DNA of 64,000 bases from a bacterium (GTDB lineage Bacteria; SM23-31). Position 1 is the stretch's first letter. Every line of letters begins with the position of its first letter. The notes beneath the pieces are model-generated. The model had not been told where the DNA came from. It did not search any database and saw nothing but the letters and a program-made list of their open reading frames with translations. Positions 40,107 to 54,709 of the stretch are shown piece after piece. The stretch is from assembly GCA_965249485.1 (NCBI GenBank), contig OZ252239.1:3104001-3168000 (forward strand), in the 5' to 3' direction. Made by a program: the position numbers and the translations under genes.

Positions 40107-40733
40107 TTAAAACACCTCGTTTATACGTTCCAGGGCTCCCTCTTGAATTACCAGCCGGGCCGGCTTTACAATATCATACGTGCAGAGCTGGTCGGCCGGT
40201 ACCAAAGAAAGATTTTTCACATTTCGACATGACTGCCATAAATCCGACGAATGTTCTTTAATGACGAGCAATGTTTTGCTGTTGTTCGTAATATTCAGCG
40301 CCTGAAGCAGATTAGACACAAACCGGGTTTCAGGCTTTTCAAGATTAAAATTTTCAATAAGAATGATTGCATCACTCAAAGCCATATTTGACAGAGCTGC
40401 GCGCCTGGCTATCCGCCGTTCTTTTTTATTCATACTTACTGAATATTTGTGCGGATTTGGGCCGAATGCCTTTCCACCACCACGCCAGATATTTGATTTC
40501 AAAGTTCCGGCTCGTGCTCTTCCCGTACCCTTCTGACGCCACGGCTTACGATTACTGCCGCTCACGAGCGAACGGTTACGAGCCATACTTGTACCTTGAC
40601 GCTGCGCTGCCAGATACGATAATACTGCCTGATGAATAAGATGGTCTTTTTCTTTAACACCGAAAACTTCATCGCTCAATGCAACGGTGTTTTTTGACTG
40701 ACTACCATTTAAATTGTATACTGGTAATTCCAT
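40107..40733 (-). CDS. rplD: 50S ribosomal protein L4
   Basis: RQGT, KPWRQKGTGRARAG, GGG.AFGP. Confidence 0.98.
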   Translation of the reverse strand: MELPVYNLNGSQSKNTVALSDEVFGVKEKDHLIHQAVLSYLAAQRQGTSMARNRSLVSGSNRKPWRQKGTGRARAGTLKSNIWRGGGKAFGPNPHKYSVSMNKKERRIARRAALSNMALSDAIILIENFNLEKPETRFVSNLLQALNITNNSKTLLVIKEHSSDLWQSCRNVKNLSLVPADQLCTYDIVKPARLVIQEGALERINEVF

Positions 40734-40739
40734 TCCGTT

Positions 40740-41357
40740 TTACCTTTTTCGCACTTCGACAAGAGTGTTACGACTTCCGGGTACTGAACCTTTGACCAGA
40801 AGCAGATGATTATCTTTGTCTATATCAATAATTTCAAGATTTTTCACTGTTACACGTGTATGCCCCATTCGGCCTGGCATTTTCTTTCCTTTAAATACAC
40901 GTGAAGGGTTGGACGATTGCCCGATTGAACCGGGAGCCCTATGACGATCGGACTGTCCGTGAGTTTTTGGTCCGCCACTAAATTTATACCGCTTTACCAC
41001 GCCGGCAAAACCACGACCTTTCGACAGAGCCGATACATCAATCAACTCACCTCTTGAAAATGATTCAACAGTAAGAGGGTCACCCGCTTTGAATTGATCA
41101 GCGTCTTTGGTTCTAAATTCAGTCAATTTCGCAACCGGTATAACACTGGATTTCTTCAAATGACCGAGTTGCGGCTTATTGAGGTGCTGCTCTTTTGTTT
41201 CACGGAATCCTATCTGGATCTCCGTGTAACCGTCACTTTTTTCTGTCTTCACCTGTGTCACATAATTGGGCTTAACATCCAGAACGGTTACCGGCACCTG
41301 ATTCCGCTGGTCATCAAATATAGTTTTCATGTACAGTTTATATCCAATTATTTTCAT
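40740..41357 (-). CDS. rplC: 50S ribosomal protein L3
   Basis: VPVTV, KGRGFAGVVKR, HRAPGSIG, MPGRMG. Start MKIIGYK at 41357. Confidence 0.97.
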   Translation of the reverse strand: MKIIGYKLYMKTIFDDQRNQVPVTVLDVKPNYVTQVKTEKSDGYTEIQIGFRETKEQHLNKPQLGHLKKSSVIPVAKLTEFRTKDADQFKAGDPLTVESFSRGELIDVSALSKGRGFAGVVKRYKFSGGPKTHGQSDRHRAPGSIGQSSNPSRVFKGKKMPGRMGHTRVTVKNLEIIDIDKDNHLLLVKGSVPGSRNTLVEVRKR

Positions 41358-41358
41358 A

Positions 41359-41670
41359 TCACACCTTAATCTCAATATCTACTCCGGCGGGCAACTCCAA
41401 CTTCATAAGCGCGTCAACTGTCTTTGTCGACGTATGATGAATATCTATCAAACGCTTATGAATTCTGGTTTCAAACTGTTCTCTAGACTTTTTATCAACA
41501 TGAGGTGACCGCAATACAGTATATACTGTCCGTTTCGTGGGCAGTGGAATGGGTCCTGATATCATCGCTCCCGTTGATTTCGCCGTTTTAACGATCTTAT
41601 CCGAGGACTTATCGATCAACATGTGATCGTATGCTTTCAATTTTATTCTTATTTTTTGTCGACGATCCAA
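41359..41670 (-). CDS. rpsJ: 30S ribosomal protein S10
   Basis: [30 protein letters not shown]. Confidence 0.98.
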   Translation of the reverse strand: MDRRQKIRIKLKAYDHMLIDKSSDKIVKTAKSTGAMISGPIPLPTKRTVYTVLRSPHVDKKSREQFETRIHKRLIDIHHTSTKTVDALMKLELPAGVDIEIKV

Positions 41671-41695
41671 AGAACTACTCCTTTTTCAATTTAAT

Positions 41696-42898
41696 TTATT
41701 CAATAACTTCGGTAACGACACCGGCGCCAACTGTTCTTCCGCCTTCACGGATTGCAAACCGGAGCTCTTTTTCCATCGCGATCGGTGTAATTAACTCAAT
41801 CTCCATTTTCACATCATCACCCGGCATAACCATCTCTACACTTTCAGGAAGCTCTGCAACACCTGTCACATCTGTCGTCCGAAAATAAAACTGAGGACGA
41901 TACCCCTTGAAAAACGGTGTATGGCGCCCTCCTTCTTCTTTTGTCAATATATATACCTGACCCTTAAATTTCGTATGAGGAGTGATACTTCCCGGCTTCG
42001 ATGCAACCATGCCGCGTTCCAACGACTCCTTTTCTACACCTCGAAGAAGTAAACCTATATTATCGCCCGCTTCACCACGGTCTAAAAGCTTACGGAACAT
42101 CTCAACTCCGGTTACTACCGTCTTACGCTTCGCACCAAGACCGACTATTTCGATCTCATCACCAACATTCACTACTCCACGCTCTACACGGCCTGTACCA
42201 ACTGTTCCACGGCCAGTTATACTAAAAACATCCTCTACCGGCATTAAAAATGGCTTGTCGATATCACGCTTAGGCATCGGAATATACTCATCAACAGCTT
42301 TCATCAATTCAAATATACTCGCACATTTATCACTGTCAAAATTGCCTTCTATTGCTGCATTCATCGCCCCCAATGCGCTGCCCTGAATAATCGGTATGTC
42401 ATCTCCGGGAAAATCGTACTGACTCAATAACTCACGAAGCTCAAGCTCTACCAGTTCCAACAACTCAGGATCATCTACCTGATCAACCTTGTTCAAATAT
42501 ACAACAATAAATGGAACTCCCACTTGACGGGACAATAAAATGTGCTCGCGTGTCTGAGGCATCGGACCATCAGCTGCAGATACCACAAGTATCGCTCCGT
42601 CCATCTGAGCCGCCCCTGTAATCATGTTCTTTACATAATCAGCATGACCAGGACAGTCAACGTGTGCATAATGACGATTCTCCGTCTCATACTCAACATG
42701 AGCTGTCGCTATCGTTATGCCACGCTCACGCTCCTCAGGTGCATTGTCTATCGAATCAAACGTACGTACCTCTGCCAAACCCTTTTGCCCAAGTAACATC
42801 GTTATCGCCGCTGTCAATGTTGTCTTGCCATGATCAACATGACCTATAGTACCTATATTGATATGGGGCTTCGTTCGCTCAAACTTCTTCTTCGACAT
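41696..42898 (-). CDS. tuf: Elongation factor Tu (str-operon copy)
   Basis: [30 protein letters not shown]. Confidence 0.99.
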   Translation of the reverse strand: MSKKKFERTKPHINIGTIGHVDHGKTTLTAAITMLLGQKGLAEVRTFDSIDNAPEERERGITIATAHVEYETENRHYAHVDCPGHADYVKNMITGAAQMDGAILVVSAADGPMPQTREHILLSRQVGVPFIVVYLNKVDQVDDPELLELVELELRELLSQYDFPGDDIPIIQGSALGAMNAAIEGNFDSDKCASIFELMKAVDEYIPMPKRDIDKPFLMPVEDVFSITGRGTVGTGRVERGVVNVGDEIEIVGLGAKRKTVVTGVEMFRKLLDRGEAGDNIGLLLRGVEKESLERGMVASKPGSITPHTKFKGQVYILTKEEGGRHTPFFKGYRPQFYFRTTDVTGVAELPESVEMVMPGDDVKMEIELITPIAMEKELRFAIREGGRTVGAGVVTEVIE

Positions 42899-42918
42899 AG
42901 CGCTTACTCCCTCTTTGA
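41697..42918. repeat. Direct repeat copy 1 (tuf plus 20 nt upstream); copy 2 at 57761-58982
   Basis: Identical protein, identical shadow ORFs at offset 16064, and shared upstream RBS sequence. Confidence 0.93.
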
Positions 42919-42919
42919 A

Positions 42920-45046
42920 TTATCCAGTGGCTACTTCACCGGAAATCTTGTATAATAATTTTTCTTCTAATGATTTCGGAACTTGGGAATAATGATGAAA
43001 CTCTAACGAAAAAACCGCTCTTCCCTGAGTTACTGATCGCAATGATGTAGAATATCCAAATATTTCACTCAATGGAACTTTTGCATGAACATGTTTTGCA
43101 TTGTTTTTATCAACAATATCTTCAATTTTGCCTCGACGTGATGTGATATCGCCAATTACATCACCTAAATAGTTCTCAGGAACAGCTACATCAAGCTTCA
43201 TTATCGGCTCAAGTAATACACATTCCGCTTTTTTTGTACCCTCCCGAAATGCCATAGATCCAGCAACACGGAATGCTATTTCAGAAGAATCAACATCGTG
43301 ATACGAACCATCTAGCAATGTCACCTTTACATCAATCATTGGATAACCGGCAAGTATCCCATTCCTCATAGTTTCTTCAATTCCCCGTTTCACCGGCATT
43401 ATAAATTCTTTTGGAATCGCCCCGCCAAATATCTTATCAACAAATTCAAATCCACCTCCCGGAGGCAACGGTTCAAGTTTTATAACAACATGGCCATACT
43501 GTCCTCTACCTCCACTCTGTTTAATAAATTTCGCTTCTGATTCCGTCTCACCAATAATCGTCTCTTTATAAGCAACCTCCGGTTCGCCTATGTTCGCATC
43601 CACTTTAAATTCACGGAGAAGTCTATCGACAATTATTTCAAGATGAAGCTCCCCCATTCCCGCAATGATTGTCTGTCCCGTTTCCTTATTTATATTAACC
43701 TTGAACGAGGGGTCTTCCTCGGACAATTTTCCAAGAGACATACTGAGTTTTTCTTCATCGGCTTTCGTTTTTGGTTCAATTGCAATATTGATTACAGGAT
43801 TAGGGAAATGCATCTGCTCTAAAATAATAGGATGACCTTCATTACAGAGGGTATCGCCTGTTTTTGTATTTTTCAACCCAACTGCAGCAACAATATCTCC
43901 CATTTTCGCTTCTTCTATATCTTCCCGCTTATTTGCAAACATCCGGAGAATACGCCCGAGGCGTTCTCGCTTCCCTGAAATTGGATTAAATACATTCTGC
44001 CCTTTTTTGACAGTGCCTGAATACACTCTGAAATAGGTTAATCGGCCAACATAGGGATCAGACATAATTTTGAATGCCAAAGCAGTAAAATCACTATCCA
44101 GAGACATTGTGCGTGAAATTGTTTCATCCGTTTTCGGATTAATCCCAGTCAATTCGGTTTTATCGAGCGGAGATGGCAAATAAAGAAGAATTGCGTCCAA
44201 CAAACGCTGAACTCCTTTATTTTTGAATGCAGATCCACAAAACACAGGCACTATTTCTGATTTTAATGTTGCAACCCGAACAGCTCTTCGCAATGCGTCA
44301 ACCTTAATTTCTTTTCCCTCAAGGTATTCTTCCATGAGCTCATCATCATATTCGGAGAGGTTTTCGATCATATGCTTACGAGCCTCGAGTGCCTGATCCA
44401 TCATATCATCTGGAATAACCATCTCTTCATACAATTTACCGAGACTGTTTTCATTATATATAATTGCTTTCATGATGATCAAATCGATCAATCCAGTAAA
44501 AAGCTCAGCAGCTCCAATTGGAATTTGCAATGGAATCGGATGTGCATCGAGACGGGATTCAATTGATCCCATTGCCTTAAAAAAATCAGCACCAGTCCTG
44601 TCCATTTTATTGATGAATACAATTCTTGGTACTCCGTACTGATCTGCCTGTCGCCATACAGTTTCCGATTGCGGTTCAACACCAGCAACAGCATCGAGCA
44701 AAACAACAGCACCATCAAGAACACGGAGTGATCTTTCGACCTCGACGGTAAAATCAACATGACCCGGAGTATCAATAAGATTCAATAAGTGATCACGCCA
44801 TACTATCGTTGTTGCAGCAGACGTAATAGTAATTCCTCGTTCTTTTTCTTGGTCCATCCAGTCCATTGTTGCAAGACCGTCATGTACTTCACCCAAACGG
44901 TGAACCTTACCGGAGTAAAAGAGAAATCGCTCCGTTGTAGTCGTTTTACCTGCGTCAATATGCGCCATGATACCAATATTCCGCGTTCTTTCTATAGCGG
45001 TGAGCGAACCATTTACGCCGTTATTTTCTTTTTTATTCTCAGACAT
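42920..45046 (-). CDS. fusA: Elongation factor G
   Basis: [44 protein letters not shown]. Confidence 0.99.
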   Translation of the reverse strand: MSENKKENNGVNGSLTAIERTRNIGIMAHIDAGKTTTTERFLFYSGKVHRLGEVHDGLATMDWMDQEKERGITITSAATTIVWRDHLLNLIDTPGHVDFTVEVERSLRVLDGAVVLLDAVAGVEPQSETVWRQADQYGVPRIVFINKMDRTGADFFKAMGSIESRLDAHPIPLQIPIGAAELFTGLIDLIIMKAIIYNENSLGKLYEEMVIPDDMMDQALEARKHMIENLSEYDDELMEEYLEGKEIKVDALRRAVRVATLKSEIVPVFCGSAFKNKGVQRLLDAILLYLPSPLDKTELTGINPKTDETISRTMSLDSDFTALAFKIMSDPYVGRLTYFRVYSGTVKKGQNVFNPISGKRERLGRILRMFANKREDIEEAKMGDIVAAVGLKNTKTGDTLCNEGHPIILEQMHFPNPVINIAIEPKTKADEEKLSMSLGKLSEEDPSFKVNINKETGQTIIAGMGELHLEIIVDRLLREFKVDANIGEPEVAYKETIIGETESEAKFIKQSGGRGQYGHVVIKLEPLPPGGGFEFVDKIFGGAIPKEFIMPVKRGIEETMRNGILAGYPMIDVKVTLLDGSYHDVDSSEIAFRVAGSMAFREGTKKAECVLLEPIMKLDVAVPENYLGDVIGDITSRRGKIEDIVDKNNAKHVHAKVPLSEIFGYSTSLRSVTQGRAVFSLEFHHYSQVPKSLEEKLLYKISGEVATG

Positions 45047-45082
45047 TCTATCTATACTTTTTCTAATAAGTTGTCGTATTAA

Positions 45083-45553
45083 TTACCATCTAAAATGTGC
45101 AAACGCCTTGTTTGCTTCTGCCATTTTGTGTGTATCATCTTTCTTCTTCATCGCTGCACCACTATGATTGACAGCATCCAAAAGTTCTGCCGCAAGCCGC
45201 TCATGCATCGATTTTCCTTTTCTTGCTTTTGCATATTGAACAATCCACCGAATTGCAAGTGCATTTCTACGATTCTCACGCACCTCAACCGGAACTTGAT
45301 AGGTTGCGCCACCGACTCTGCGTGATTTAACTTCCAATACAGGCTTCACTTCATTAATAGCCTTCTCAAACATTTCAAGACCAGGTTTGCCTGATTTTTC
45401 CTCGATAATCTCAAGCGCATCATAAAAAATTTGCTCAGCTATGCTTTTTTTACCATTTCGCATAAGACCATTGATAAATCTACTCACCAGTATGGAGTTA
45501 TGTAAAGTATCCGGCGCTATAATTCTGCGTTGTGCTTTTCTTCGTCTTGACAT
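45083..45553 (-). CDS. rpsG: 30S ribosomal protein S7
   Basis: [23 protein letters not shown]. Confidence 0.99.
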   Translation of the reverse strand: MSRRRKAQRRIIAPDTLHNSILVSRFINGLMRNGKKSIAEQIFYDALEIIEEKSGKPGLEMFEKAINEVKPVLEVKSRRVGGATYQVPVEVRENRRNALAIRWIVQYAKARKGKSMHERLAAELLDAVNHSGAAMKKKDDTHKMAEANKAFAHFRW

Positions 45554-45597
45554 AAGGCTGATATGTTCCGATTAATTAAGGTAAAAGGTTATATATG

Positions 45598-45969
45598 TTA
45601 TTTGGGCCTCTTTGCGCCATACTTCGACCGACTCTGTCTCCTGTCCTGAACTCCAGAAGTATCAAGGGTGCCTCGCACTATATGATACCGCACACCTGGA
45701 AGATCTTTTACACGACCGCCACGAATAAGCACAATTGAGTGCTCTTGCAAATTGTGGCCTTCGCCAGGAATATAGGCAGTAACTTCAATACCGTTCGAAA
45801 GCCGTACGCGGGCAACTTTTCTTAAAGCCGAGTTCGGCTTTTTTGGTGTTGAAGTATAAACCCTGGTACAAACACCGCGCTTTTGTGGTGACCCCCCCAA
45901 TGCTGGCGCAGATGTCTTCTTTATTATCTTTTTCCGACTGTTTCGTACAAGCTGGTTTACTGTCGGCAC
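45598..45969 (-). CDS. rpsL: 30S ribosomal protein S12
   Basis: [22 protein letters not shown]. Confidence 0.99.
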   Translation of the reverse strand: MPTVNQLVRNSRKKIIKKTSAPALGGSPQKRGVCTRVYTSTPKKPNSALRKVARVRLSNGIEVTAYIPGEGHNLQEHSIVLIRGGRVKDLPGVRYHIVRGTLDTSGVQDRRQSRSKYGAKRPK

Positions 45970-46000
45970 ACAAACCTCTCTTTTCTAAAAAGTATATTAA

Positions 46001-49000
46001 TTATTTACCGCTATCAAGGACCTCAACGCTTTCTTTGGCCTCTTCCATCTCAACAGCTAGTTCAGCTTCTTCAGCTTCTTCTTCTTTTACAATATCAGAT
46101 TCGACCGATATATTTTTCCATTCTTTTATACCGGTACCAGCAGGTATAAGATGTCCAATTATAACATTTTCTTTAAGGCCTCTTAGATTATCAACTTTAC
46201 CTTGAATCGCAGCTTCAGTCAACACACGTGTTGTTTCCTGAAATGATGCAGAAGAAATAAAACTCTCCGTACTTAAAGATGCCTGCGTAATACCCAACAG
46301 CTGCGCTACAAAAGTTGCCGGACTGGCTTTTCTGAATTTTATTTTTGCTTTTTCCTGTTTCTCTAATCGCTCATTCAATCTGTCAAGCTCAAAAAGTTCA
46401 ACCATTTCATCTATTGCAAGTTTCGAATCGCCAGTTTCTTCAACTACACCAAAGTCCGATATTTTCTCATTTGAAGCAATAAACTTCGATTTGTCAAGGA
46501 GGTCACCTTCGAGATAGTTGGTGTCACCCGGATCTTCTATCTTAACCCTCTGAAGCATTTGTCGCACTATTACCTCAATGTGCTTATCATTTATCCGCAC
46601 ACCCTGCAATCGGTACACTTCTTGAATTTCATTGACAAGATACTCCTGAACTGCACTGGCACTTTTTATTTGGAGAATATCGTGCGGTGTAATAGAACCT
46701 TCCGATAACCGTTCACCCGCTTCAACGGTATCGTTATCATGAACAAGCACATGCTTACCATAAGGAATCAAATATGTTTTTTTCGCAGATTCACCTTCGA
46801 CAATTATCTCCCTAACACCACGTTTGATAGAACCGAATTTAACAACACCGTCTATTTCGGATACTACCGCCGGATCTTTCGGTTTTCTCGCTTCAAACAA
46901 TTCAGCAACACGTGGCAGACCACCAGTAATATCTTTCGATTTCAACAGGCTTCTAGGAATTTTTACGAGAACATCACCGGATTTAACGTGATCGCCATCA
47001 CTCACTATTAAACGGGCACTCGTGGGGACTATATAATTAGCCAGTTTATCGCCATTTTCATCTTTTATTGTAATAGCAGGACTGAGCTTCTTGTTGCGGG
47101 ATTCAATGATTACCCGCTGGCGCATTCCGGTATGTTCATCAAGCTCTTCTTTAACTGTAATGTCATTTTTAATATCATTAAATGATGTAACACCATCAAA
47201 CTCTGAAATAATAACCAGTGAATACGGGTCCCATCTAAATACCAGCTGATTTTTCTCAATAGTATCGCCCGGGAACACCAAGAGTGTTGCGCCATACGGA
47301 ACATTGTATTTTGCCACAACACGGTTGTTTTCGTCAATAATATCTATTCTGCCGTTTCTACCCAAAGCAATGGCGATTTTTTGATTAAGAGTCATTTCCT
47401 GTTTGGTAAAGCGTAAATTGTCGGAGAAGACTATTGTACCTGCATATTTTGCCTTGACTTCTGACTGCGAGGCACCGACCTGAGCAGTACCACCAATATG
47501 GAACGTTCTCAATGTCAACTGCGTACCTGGCTCACCAATACTCTGAGCACCCATCACCCCAACTGCTTCACCTATATTGACAAGACGACAGGTTGCCATA
47601 TTTCTACCATAGCACAGCCTGCAGACACCATAACTCGATTCACAGGTTAAAACGGATCTGATTTTAACGGTTTCAATTATCGTATCAGCAATTTTCTTTG
47701 CAACTTCCTCATCAATCATCTCATTTGCGTCAACAAGAAGCTCATCAGTACGGGGATCGTAAATATCATCAACGGTCACTCGTCCAAGGATACGCTCCGG
47801 AAGCGGCTCAATAATCTCTTCGCCTTCCTTCAATGCTGAGATTTCAATACCAAGAATTGTACCGCAATCGTCTTCAGAAATAATAACATCCTGAGCAACA
47901 TCAACCAGTCGGCGTGTAAGATATCCCGCATCAGCAGTTTTTAATGCCGTATCTGCCAAACCTTTTCGGGCACCGTGCGTCGAAATAAAGTACTCGAGCA
48001 CAGAAAGCCCTTCTCTAAAGTTAGCAGTTATCGGGGATTCAATAATTTCACCGGTTTGACCCGTCATACTCTTTTGGGGCTTCGCCATCAATCCACGCAT
48101 ACCTGCAAGTTGCCTGATCTGTTCACGGCTCCCCCGCGCACCGGAATCGGCCATCATATATACAGGATTGAATCCGTTCTGGGATGTACTTAATCCATCA
48201 AACATAGCACGAGACACATCGGTTGTTGTATGGGTCCAGATATCAATAATTTTATTATACCTTTCACCATCCGTAATAATTCCACGCTCATACTGTTTAT
48301 GAATCTTTGCAACCTCTTCGGCAGCATCATTAATCATTACTTCTTTTATTTCAGGAATAATAACATCATCAATACCGATTGATATACCGGCTTTCATTGC
48401 GTGATAAAAACCAAGCTCTTTCAACCTGTCCAAAAATTCAGCGGTCACCATGTTGCCGAGTAATCGAAATGACTGATAGACAATCTCTTCCACACCTCTT
48501 TTCGTCAACATTTCATTTACGAAGGGCAGGCCCTCGGGAACAACTTGATTAAACAACACACGACCAGTGGTTGTTTTAATAAGACTGCCGTCAATTCTGA
48601 CATTGATTGATGCATGAAGACCGAGCTTATCACTATTGAAAGCAATAATAACTTCTTTTTGATTTGCAAAATTCATTCCTTCGCCCTTGTCACCGTTGCG
48701 GATTTTTGTCAGATAATAGCAACCAAGGACAATATCTTGACTCGGCACAGCTATAGGACGCCCATTTGCGGGAGATAGAATATTATGACTTGACAACATG
48801 AGCATTCTTGTCTCAATTTGTGCTTCGTAGGACAGAGGCACATGGACCGCCATCTGGTCACCATCAAAATCAGCATTGAATGCTGCACAAACAAGAGGAT
48901 GAACACGAATTGCCTTACCTTCAATCAATACCGGCTGAAATGCCTGGATACCCAGCCTGTGTAGAGTCGGTGCGCGGTTAAGCATCACCGGATGGTCTTT

Positions 49001-50308
49001 GATAATTAATTCAAGAATATCCCAGATTTCCTTACCCTTTTTATCAACCATCTTTTTTGCACTCTTTACCGTTTTCACAAGACCGCGCTCTACGAGCTTC
49101 CTTATAATAAACGGCTTAAACAATTCAACAGCCATATCTTTCGGCAAACCGCATTGGTGCAGCCTCAATTCAGGCCCGACGACAATCACAGAACGACCAG
49201 AATAATCAACTCGCTTTCCGAGCAAATTTTGACGGAATCGCCCCTGTTTCCCCTTCAGCATATCACTCAGTGATTTTAATGGTCTGTTGCCATCACTGCG
49301 AACCGCCGTTGCTTTTCTTCCATTATCAAATAGGGAGTCAACCGCTTCCTGCAGCATCCTCTTTTCATTTCTGAGAATAACTTCAGGTGCGCGAATTTCC
49401 ATAAGATTTTTCAGCCTATTATTTCTTATAATAACCCGGCGGTAAAGATCATTCAAATCACTCGTCGCAAACCTCCCACCTTCCAGTGGCACCAGTGGTC
49501 GAAGTTCTGGCGGAATTACCGGTATAACATCCAAAACCATCCATTCAGGCTTATTACAATTTTCATCACCCTCAATCTTAAACGGCTCAATCACTTTGAG
49601 TCGCTTAAGGATATCAGTTTTTCTCTGGACGGATGTTTCAATCTTAAGTTGAGCACGGAGTTCTTTCGATAAAACTTTTAAATCAATACGTTTCAACATC
49701 TCTTTGATGGCTTCACCACCAATTTTTGCAACAAACTTATCCTCATCCTCTTTTGCAGCTTTTGCTTTTTCTTCAGGAAATTCAGTAATAATCCTGAAAT
49801 ATTCTTCTTCAGAGATGAGGCTCCGGGGTTTCAATCCTGTGTTACCAGGGGCAATTACTACATACGACTCATAATAAATAATTCGTTCGAGATCTTTAAC
49901 GGACATTCCGAGAATATATCCCGTTTTACTGGGTAGAGAACGAAAATACCAGATATGAACAACAGAAGTAGCAAGCTGAATATGGCCCATCCGTTCTCTG
50001 CGAACACTTTTCATTGTAATTTCAACACCACAACGATCACAGATAATCCCTTTATAACGGATACGCTTATATTTACCACAATGACATTCCCAATCACGAA
50101 CCGGACCAAAGATTTTCTCACAAAATAAACCGTCTTTTTCCGGTTTAAATGATCGATAATTAATGGTTTCCGGTTTTGTCACTTCCCCAAATGACTGTGC
50201 AAGAATAGTATCCGGCGATGACAAGTTTATCGAAATCTTCGTAAAAGATTTTGAAACTCCGCCGAATAATCCTGCTTTTGATTGTATTGCCACGTTTTCA
50301 CTCCCCAC
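46001..50308 (-). CDS. rpoC: RNA polymerase beta' subunit
   Basis: [12 protein letters not shown], Zn-finger C.CGKYK...[14 protein letters not shown]. Start GTG 50308 or 50293. Confidence 0.99.
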   Translation of the reverse strand: MGSENVAIQSKAGLFGGVSKSFTKISINLSSPDTILAQSFGEVTKPETINYRSFKPEKDGLFCEKIFGPVRDWECHCGKYKRIRYKGIICDRCGVEITMKSVRRERMGHIQLATSVVHIWYFRSLPSKTGYILGMSVKDLERIIYYESYVVIAPGNTGLKPRSLISEEEYFRIITEFPEEKAKAAKEDEDKFVAKIGGEAIKEMLKRIDLKVLSKELRAQLKIETSVQRKTDILKRLKVIEPFKIEGDENCNKPEWMVLDVIPVIPPELRPLVPLEGGRFATSDLNDLYRRVIIRNNRLKNLMEIRAPEVILRNEKRMLQEAVDSLFDNGRKATAVRSDGNRPLKSLSDMLKGKQGRFRQNLLGKRVDYSGRSVIVVGPELRLHQCGLPKDMAVELFKPFIIRKLVERGLVKTVKSAKKMVDKKGKEIWDILELIIKDHPVMLNRAPTLHRLGIQAFQPVLIEGKAIRVHPLVCAAFNADFDGDQMAVHVPLSYEAQIETRMLMLSSHNILSPANGRPIAVPSQDIVLGCYYLTKIRNGDKGEGMNFANQKEVIIAFNSDKLGLHASINVRIDGSLIKTTTGRVLFNQVVPEGLPFVNEMLTKRGVEEIVYQSFRLLGNMVTAEFLDRLKELGFYHAMKAGISIGIDDVIIPEIKEVMINDAAEEVAKIHKQYERGIITDGERYNKIIDIWTHTTTDVSRAMFDGLSTSQNGFNPVYMMADSGARGSREQIRQLAGMRGLMAKPQKSMTGQTGEIIESPITANFREGLSVLEYFISTHGARKGLADTALKTADAGYLTRRLVDVAQDVIISEDDCGTILGIEISALKEGEEIIEPLPERILGRVTVDDIYDPRTDELLVDANEMIDEEVAKKIADTIIETVKIRSVLTCESSYGVCRLCYGRNMATCRLVNIGEAVGVMGAQSIGEPGTQLTLRTFHIGGTAQVGASQSEVKAKYAGTIVFSDNLRFTKQEMTLNQKIAIALGRNGRIDIIDENNRVVAKYNVPYGATLLVFPGDTIEKNQLVFRWDPYSLVIISEFDGVTSFNDIKNDITVKEELDEHTGMRQRVIIESRNKKLSPAITIKDENGDKLANYIVPTSARLIVSDGDHVKSGDVLVKIPRSLLKSKDITGGLPRVAELFEARKPKDPAVVSEIDGVVKFGSIKRGVREIIVEGESAKKTYLIPYGKHVLVHDNDTVEAGERLSEGSITPHDILQIKSASAVQEYLVNEIQEVYRLQGVRINDKHIEVIVRQMLQRVKIEDPGDTNYLEGDLLDKSKFIASNEKISDFGVVEETGDSKLAIDEMVELFELDRLNERLEKQEKAKIKFRKASPATFVAQLLGITQASLSTESFISSASFQETTRVLTEAAIQGKVDNLRGLKENVIIGHLIPAGTGIKEWKNISVESDIVKEEEAEEAELAVEMEEAKESVEVLDSGK

Positions 50309-50313
50309 CTGTT

Positions 50314-53300
50314 TTACACAATCTTGACATCAAGGCATAAACCTTGGAGCTCCCGCATAAGAACATTAAACGATTCGGGAATTCCAGCTTCAGGAAGATT
50401 TTCTCCCTTGACAATTGCCTCATATATTTTCGATCTGCCTTTAACATCATCAGATTTAATAGTAAGAATTTCTTTGAGAGTATGTGCAGCTCCATACGCT
50501 TCAAGCGCCCACACTTCCATCTCGCCAAACCGCTGCCCGCCAAATTGCGCCTTACCTCCGAGAGGTTGCTGAGTGATTAGCGAGTACGGTCCTATGGACC
50601 GCGCATGAATCTTATCTTCCACCAAATGGGACAACTTCATAATATAAATATATCCGACCATTACTTTTTGATCGTATTTTTCACCCGTCATCCCATCAAA
50701 TAAATCCGTTTTGCAATAATCAGGCAAATTCGCTTTTTTAAGATATGCATCCACATCCCCCGCACTTGCTCCGTCAAATACTGGAGTCGCGAAACGGCAT
50801 CCAAGTACCTTCCCCGCCATTCCAAGCATGGCTTCATAAATCTGTCCAAGATTCATACGAGAAGGCACGCCCAGCGGATTGAGAATTATATCGACAGGCG
50901 TTCCATCTTCAAGAAACGGCATATCTTCAAATGGGACGATCTTAGCAACAACACCCTTATTGCCGTGCCGGCCCGCCATCTTATCGCCAACCTGCAGTTT
51001 CCGCTTTTTCGCAACATACACTTTTGCAAGTTGAACGATACCGGGAGGAAGCTCATCACCAACTACAATTTTATATTTTAGCTTTTTGAATTCTTCCTCG
51101 AAATCGTATGCTTTTTCAGCATATTTTCTTAGAAGCATTCCGATGGCTTCATTGACCTTTTTATCGGTAGTCCATTCACTCAGCGGATTAATATCGTCAA
51201 ATTCAAGTTTATTCAGCTTTGCTTCTGTCAATTTAGTTCCCGATTTAAACGCAGCTTTCCCTGTACTGATTTTATTCATGGATTTAACAGTCATACCGGA
51301 TAATATAGTAGTCAACTTTTCATCCCTTAACTCAGTAGCGGCTAGAATATCTTTTTTCATTTTCCGTTCTAAAGAGTCGATTTTTTTCTTATCTTCTTTT
51401 TTTGCATCGGCATCTTTGTTCTTACGGGAAAACAATTTCGTATAGACAACAATCCCGTGCATTCCGGGAGGGGCCTTGAGAGATGCATCTTTCACATCTC
51501 CGGCTTTGTCTCCGAATATCGCCTTCAACAATTTCTCTTCCGGCGTTGGATCAGTTTCACCCTTTGGCGTAATTTTTCCGACAATAATATCGCCGGCATT
51601 CACTTCTGCACCAACATAAATGATGCCATCTTCATCAAGATTTCGTGTCGCTTCTTCACTAACATTAGGTATTTCTCTCGTCAGCTCTTCTTCACCGCGT
51701 TTAGTATCGCGCACTTGAAGCTCAAATTCCTCAATATGAATTGAAGTATAAACATCTTCACTAACAACCCGCTCACTAAGGATAATGGCATCCTCAAAAT
51801 TATAACCACGCCACGGCATAAAGGAAACTAAAACATTTCTCCCAAGTGCCAATTCACCATTTTCAGTTGCACAACCGTCAGCAAGAGTCGAACCGGGCTC
51901 AACTTTATCACCAACATGCACAATCGGTTTTTGATTAACACAAGTATCTTGATTTGTTCTGAAAAATTTTGTCAATGGATACGATACACATTCCTCATCA
52001 TCAAAACCGAGAGATACTCCTCCAAACCTTTCATTTTTTTTGCCACTTTTCTTGATCACCACTTCTTTAGCATTCACTTTCGCTACCACACCAGCGCTTT
52101 CAGATGTTACCAGCGAGCGCGAATCGAGAGCAACCTTCCCCTCCATCCCGGTTCCCACAATTGGGGCTTCTGGTTTCAGTAGCGGGACAGATTGCCGCTG
52201 CATGTTAGATCCCATGAGCGCTCTGTTAGCATCATCATGCTCAAGAAACGGAATCAATGCCGCAGCAGCACTCACAATCTGATTTGGCGACACATCCATA
52301 TAATCAACCTGATCAGGAGAAAGAACAGGAAAGTCACCTTTTAACCTGCACTTAACGATATCCCTGACAAACTTGTCCTTGTTGTCAAGCGGTGCGTTCG
52401 CTTGTGCTATTGTATGGAGATCTTCATCGTCAGCAGTCAAATACTTCACCTCACTTGACACTTTGCCACTTCCAACTTTTCGGTATGGTGTTTCGAGAAA
52501 ACCAAAATCGTTGACACGCGCATGAATACAGATCGAAGAAATGAGACCAATATTTGGACCTTCCGGTGTTTCAATTGGACAAAGCCTTCCATAGTGTGTA
52601 TAATGCACGTCTCGAACCTCAAATCCAGCACGTTCACGTGTTAATCCTCCCGGACCAAGTGCGCTTAACCTGCGCTTATGTGTCAATTCTGCAAGCGGAT
52701 TTGTCTGATCCATAAACTGGGACAATTGGCTCGTCCCAAAGAAAGTATTTATTAAAGATGAAATCGTTCTCGCATTAACAAGATCCTGTGGAGTTAACGT
52801 CTCCTTATCACGGAGATTCATTCGCTCTTTTATGGTTCTGGCCATACGGGCCAATCCAACACTGAACTGAGCAGCCAACTGCTCACCGACTGTCTTGATA
52901 CGGCGGTTACCCAGATGATCAATATCATCTGTGGACTTCTTTCCACTTTTCAGATCAAGGAGATACTTTATGATCGTGATAATATCTTTTTTATCGAGAA
53001 CCGTGACTTCTTCGGAAATTTTCAATCCAAGCTTCTTATTTATTCTATGGCGGCCCACAATACCAAGATCATACTTCTTCGGATTAAAAAACAATCTGTC
53101 GATAAGATTCTTGGCAGTTTCGAGATCGGGAGCTTCACCGGAGCGCATTTGCCGGTAAATAGTTTCAAGGGCTTCAGCTTCTGAACTTGATACATCTTTT
53201 CTGAGAGTATTTGAAATCACTTCCGCATACATACTACTTGCATGCTTTAAAAAAGTAACAGACGGCACTTTAGCCTTTCTGAGTACTGCAGCAATTTCTT

Positions 53301-54117
53301 TAGCAAATTCAGAATATTGCTCTGCATATATTTCGCCAGATTTTTCATCGACAATATCCTGAGCAATTTTTTTACCGTAATACTTATCCAAACGTCCTTT
53401 GGATATTTCAACTTTGTCTATCAATCCAAAAAGTTCGAACAACTCCGCATCGCTCGAAAAACCCAATGCTCTCAAAAGAGTCGTGACTGGGAATTTTTTG
53501 CGCCGGTCAATATAAACATACATAACATCATTAATGTCGGTAACAAACTCAACCCATGAACCTCGAAATGGTATTATTCTTCCGGAATAAATCTTTGTTC
53601 CATTCGGATGAAGAGATTCATCAAAAAACACACCAGGTGAACGATGCAATTGACTTACAATAACCCGCTCAGCTCCATTAATGATAAATGTGCCTTTTCC
53701 CGTCATGAACGGCAGATTCCCCAAGTAGACATCCTGCTCTATTGTCTGCTTAAATGTACCCGATTCGTCATCCGTGTCTTTCGCTGACAACCGAAGCTTC
53801 GCCTTGAGCGGAACAGAAAATGAAACGCCACGCTCCTGACACTCAACAACAGAATATTTTGGTTGATCTGCATAGTATTCTATAAACTCAAGGAGATAAT
53901 TTTCGCGTGAATCAATAATTGGAAAGATATTACGAAATACCGCTTCCAGACCGGAGTTACTCCTCAGTGCTGGCAATACATCATGCTGCAAAAAATCACG
54001 AAACGAATCTAATTGAATGCCCAAAAGGTCCGGCATGTCAATAATCGACGAAATTTTTGAAAAATTAATGCGTTCGCCATTTCCATTTTTGTTCACAGAT
54101 ACTCCCTGTTTATTCAA
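50314..54117 (-). CDS. rpoB: RNA polymerase beta subunit
   Basis: [34 protein letters not shown]. Start TTG 54117 or GTG 54096. Confidence 0.99.
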   Translation of the reverse strand: MNKQGVSVNKNGNGERINFSKISSIIDMPDLLGIQLDSFRDFLQHDVLPALRSNSGLEAVFRNIFPIIDSRENYLLEFIEYYADQPKYSVVECQERGVSFSVPLKAKLRLSAKDTDDESGTFKQTIEQDVYLGNLPFMTGKGTFIINGAERVIVSQLHRSPGVFFDESLHPNGTKIYSGRIIPFRGSWVEFVTDINDVMYVYIDRRKKFPVTTLLRALGFSSDAELFELFGLIDKVEISKGRLDKYYGKKIAQDIVDEKSGEIYAEQYSEFAKEIAAVLRKAKVPSVTFLKHASSMYAEVISNTLRKDVSSSEAEALETIYRQMRSGEAPDLETAKNLIDRLFFNPKKYDLGIVGRHRINKKLGLKISEEVTVLDKKDIITIIKYLLDLKSGKKSTDDIDHLGNRRIKTVGEQLAAQFSVGLARMARTIKERMNLRDKETLTPQDLVNARTISSLINTFFGTSQLSQFMDQTNPLAELTHKRRLSALGPGGLTRERAGFEVRDVHYTHYGRLCPIETPEGPNIGLISSICIHARVNDFGFLETPYRKVGSGKVSSEVKYLTADDEDLHTIAQANAPLDNKDKFVRDIVKCRLKGDFPVLSPDQVDYMDVSPNQIVSAAAALIPFLEHDDANRALMGSNMQRQSVPLLKPEAPIVGTGMEGKVALDSRSLVTSESAGVVAKVNAKEVVIKKSGKKNERFGGVSLGFDDEECVSYPLTKFFRTNQDTCVNQKPIVHVGDKVEPGSTLADGCATENGELALGRNVLVSFMPWRGYNFEDAIILSERVVSEDVYTSIHIEEFELQVRDTKRGEEELTREIPNVSEEATRNLDEDGIIYVGAEVNAGDIIVGKITPKGETDPTPEEKLLKAIFGDKAGDVKDASLKAPPGMHGIVVYTKLFSRKNKDADAKKEDKKKIDSLERKMKKDILAATELRDEKLTTILSGMTVKSMNKISTGKAAFKSGTKLTEAKLNKLEFDDINPLSEWTTDKKVNEAIGMLLRKYAEKAYDFEEEFKKLKYKIVVGDELPPGIVQLAKVYVAKKRKLQVGDKMAGRHGNKGVVAKIVPFEDMPFLEDGTPVDIILNPLGVPSRMNLGQIYEAMLGMAGKVLGCRFATPVFDGASAGDVDAYLKKANLPDYCKTDLFDGMTGEKYDQKVMVGYIYIMKLSHLVEDKIHARSIGPYSLITQQPLGGKAQFGGQRFGEMEVWALEAYGAAHTLKEILTIKSDDVKGRSKIYEAIVKGENLPEAGIPESFNVLMRELQGLCLDVKIV

Positions 54118-54214
54118 AGTACCCCCTAAACGATTATCTAAAATCGAGAGAACCCAACCGCAGGCAATTCTCTTTTGATTACTCAGATGTTTTTCAACTG
54201 ACAGCCTAAACAGG

Positions 54215-54604
54215 CTATTTCAACTCAACCGTTCCGCCAACTTCTTCAATCTGAGCTTTCACCTTTTCGGCTTCATCCTTCGCAATCGCTTCTTTCACCG
54301 TTCCCGGAGCTCCATCAACAAGGTCTTTTGCTTCTTTAAGACCCAATCCTGTAACCGCGCGGACAACCTTAATGACCTGAATTTTTTTCTCGCCAAATCC
54401 AGTCAGTATTACATCAAATTCTGTCTGTTCTTCAGTAGCTGCCACATCCGCCCCTCCAGGAGCACCTGCAACAGGAGCAACCGCGGCCATCATTGGAGCA
54501 GCCGCCGAAACACCGAATTCTTCTTCAAGGTCCTTTACCAGATCCGCAAGCTCTACAACGGTAAGTTTCTTGATTGACTTTTTAATATCGGCAATCGCAC
54601 TCAC
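54215..54604 (-). CDS. rplL: 50S ribosomal protein L7/L12
   Basis: [27 protein letters not shown]. Confidence 0.98.
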   Translation of the reverse strand: MSAIADIKKSIKKLTVVELADLVKDLEEEFGVSAAAPMMAAVAPVAGAPGGADVAATEEQTEFDVILTGFGEKKIQVIKVVRAVTGLGLKEAKDLVDGAPGTVKEAIAKDEAEKVKAQIEEVGGTVELK

Positions 54605-54709
54605 TGGTTTTCTCCTCTCTTACTTAATTTTGTATTATTTGTCGTACAAAAAACGACATTTAATAAATTTTTGATTTCTTTAATTTTAGTGAGTTAAAAC
54701 ATGTAAACT

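Noticed and set aside
45598..54117. Resistance-type substitutions in rpsL/rpoB, or inteins in rpoBC/nrdJ
   Set aside because: The S12 PKKPNSA and RpoB rifampicin-cluster sequences look canonical, protein lengths are normal, and no intein motifs were seen.
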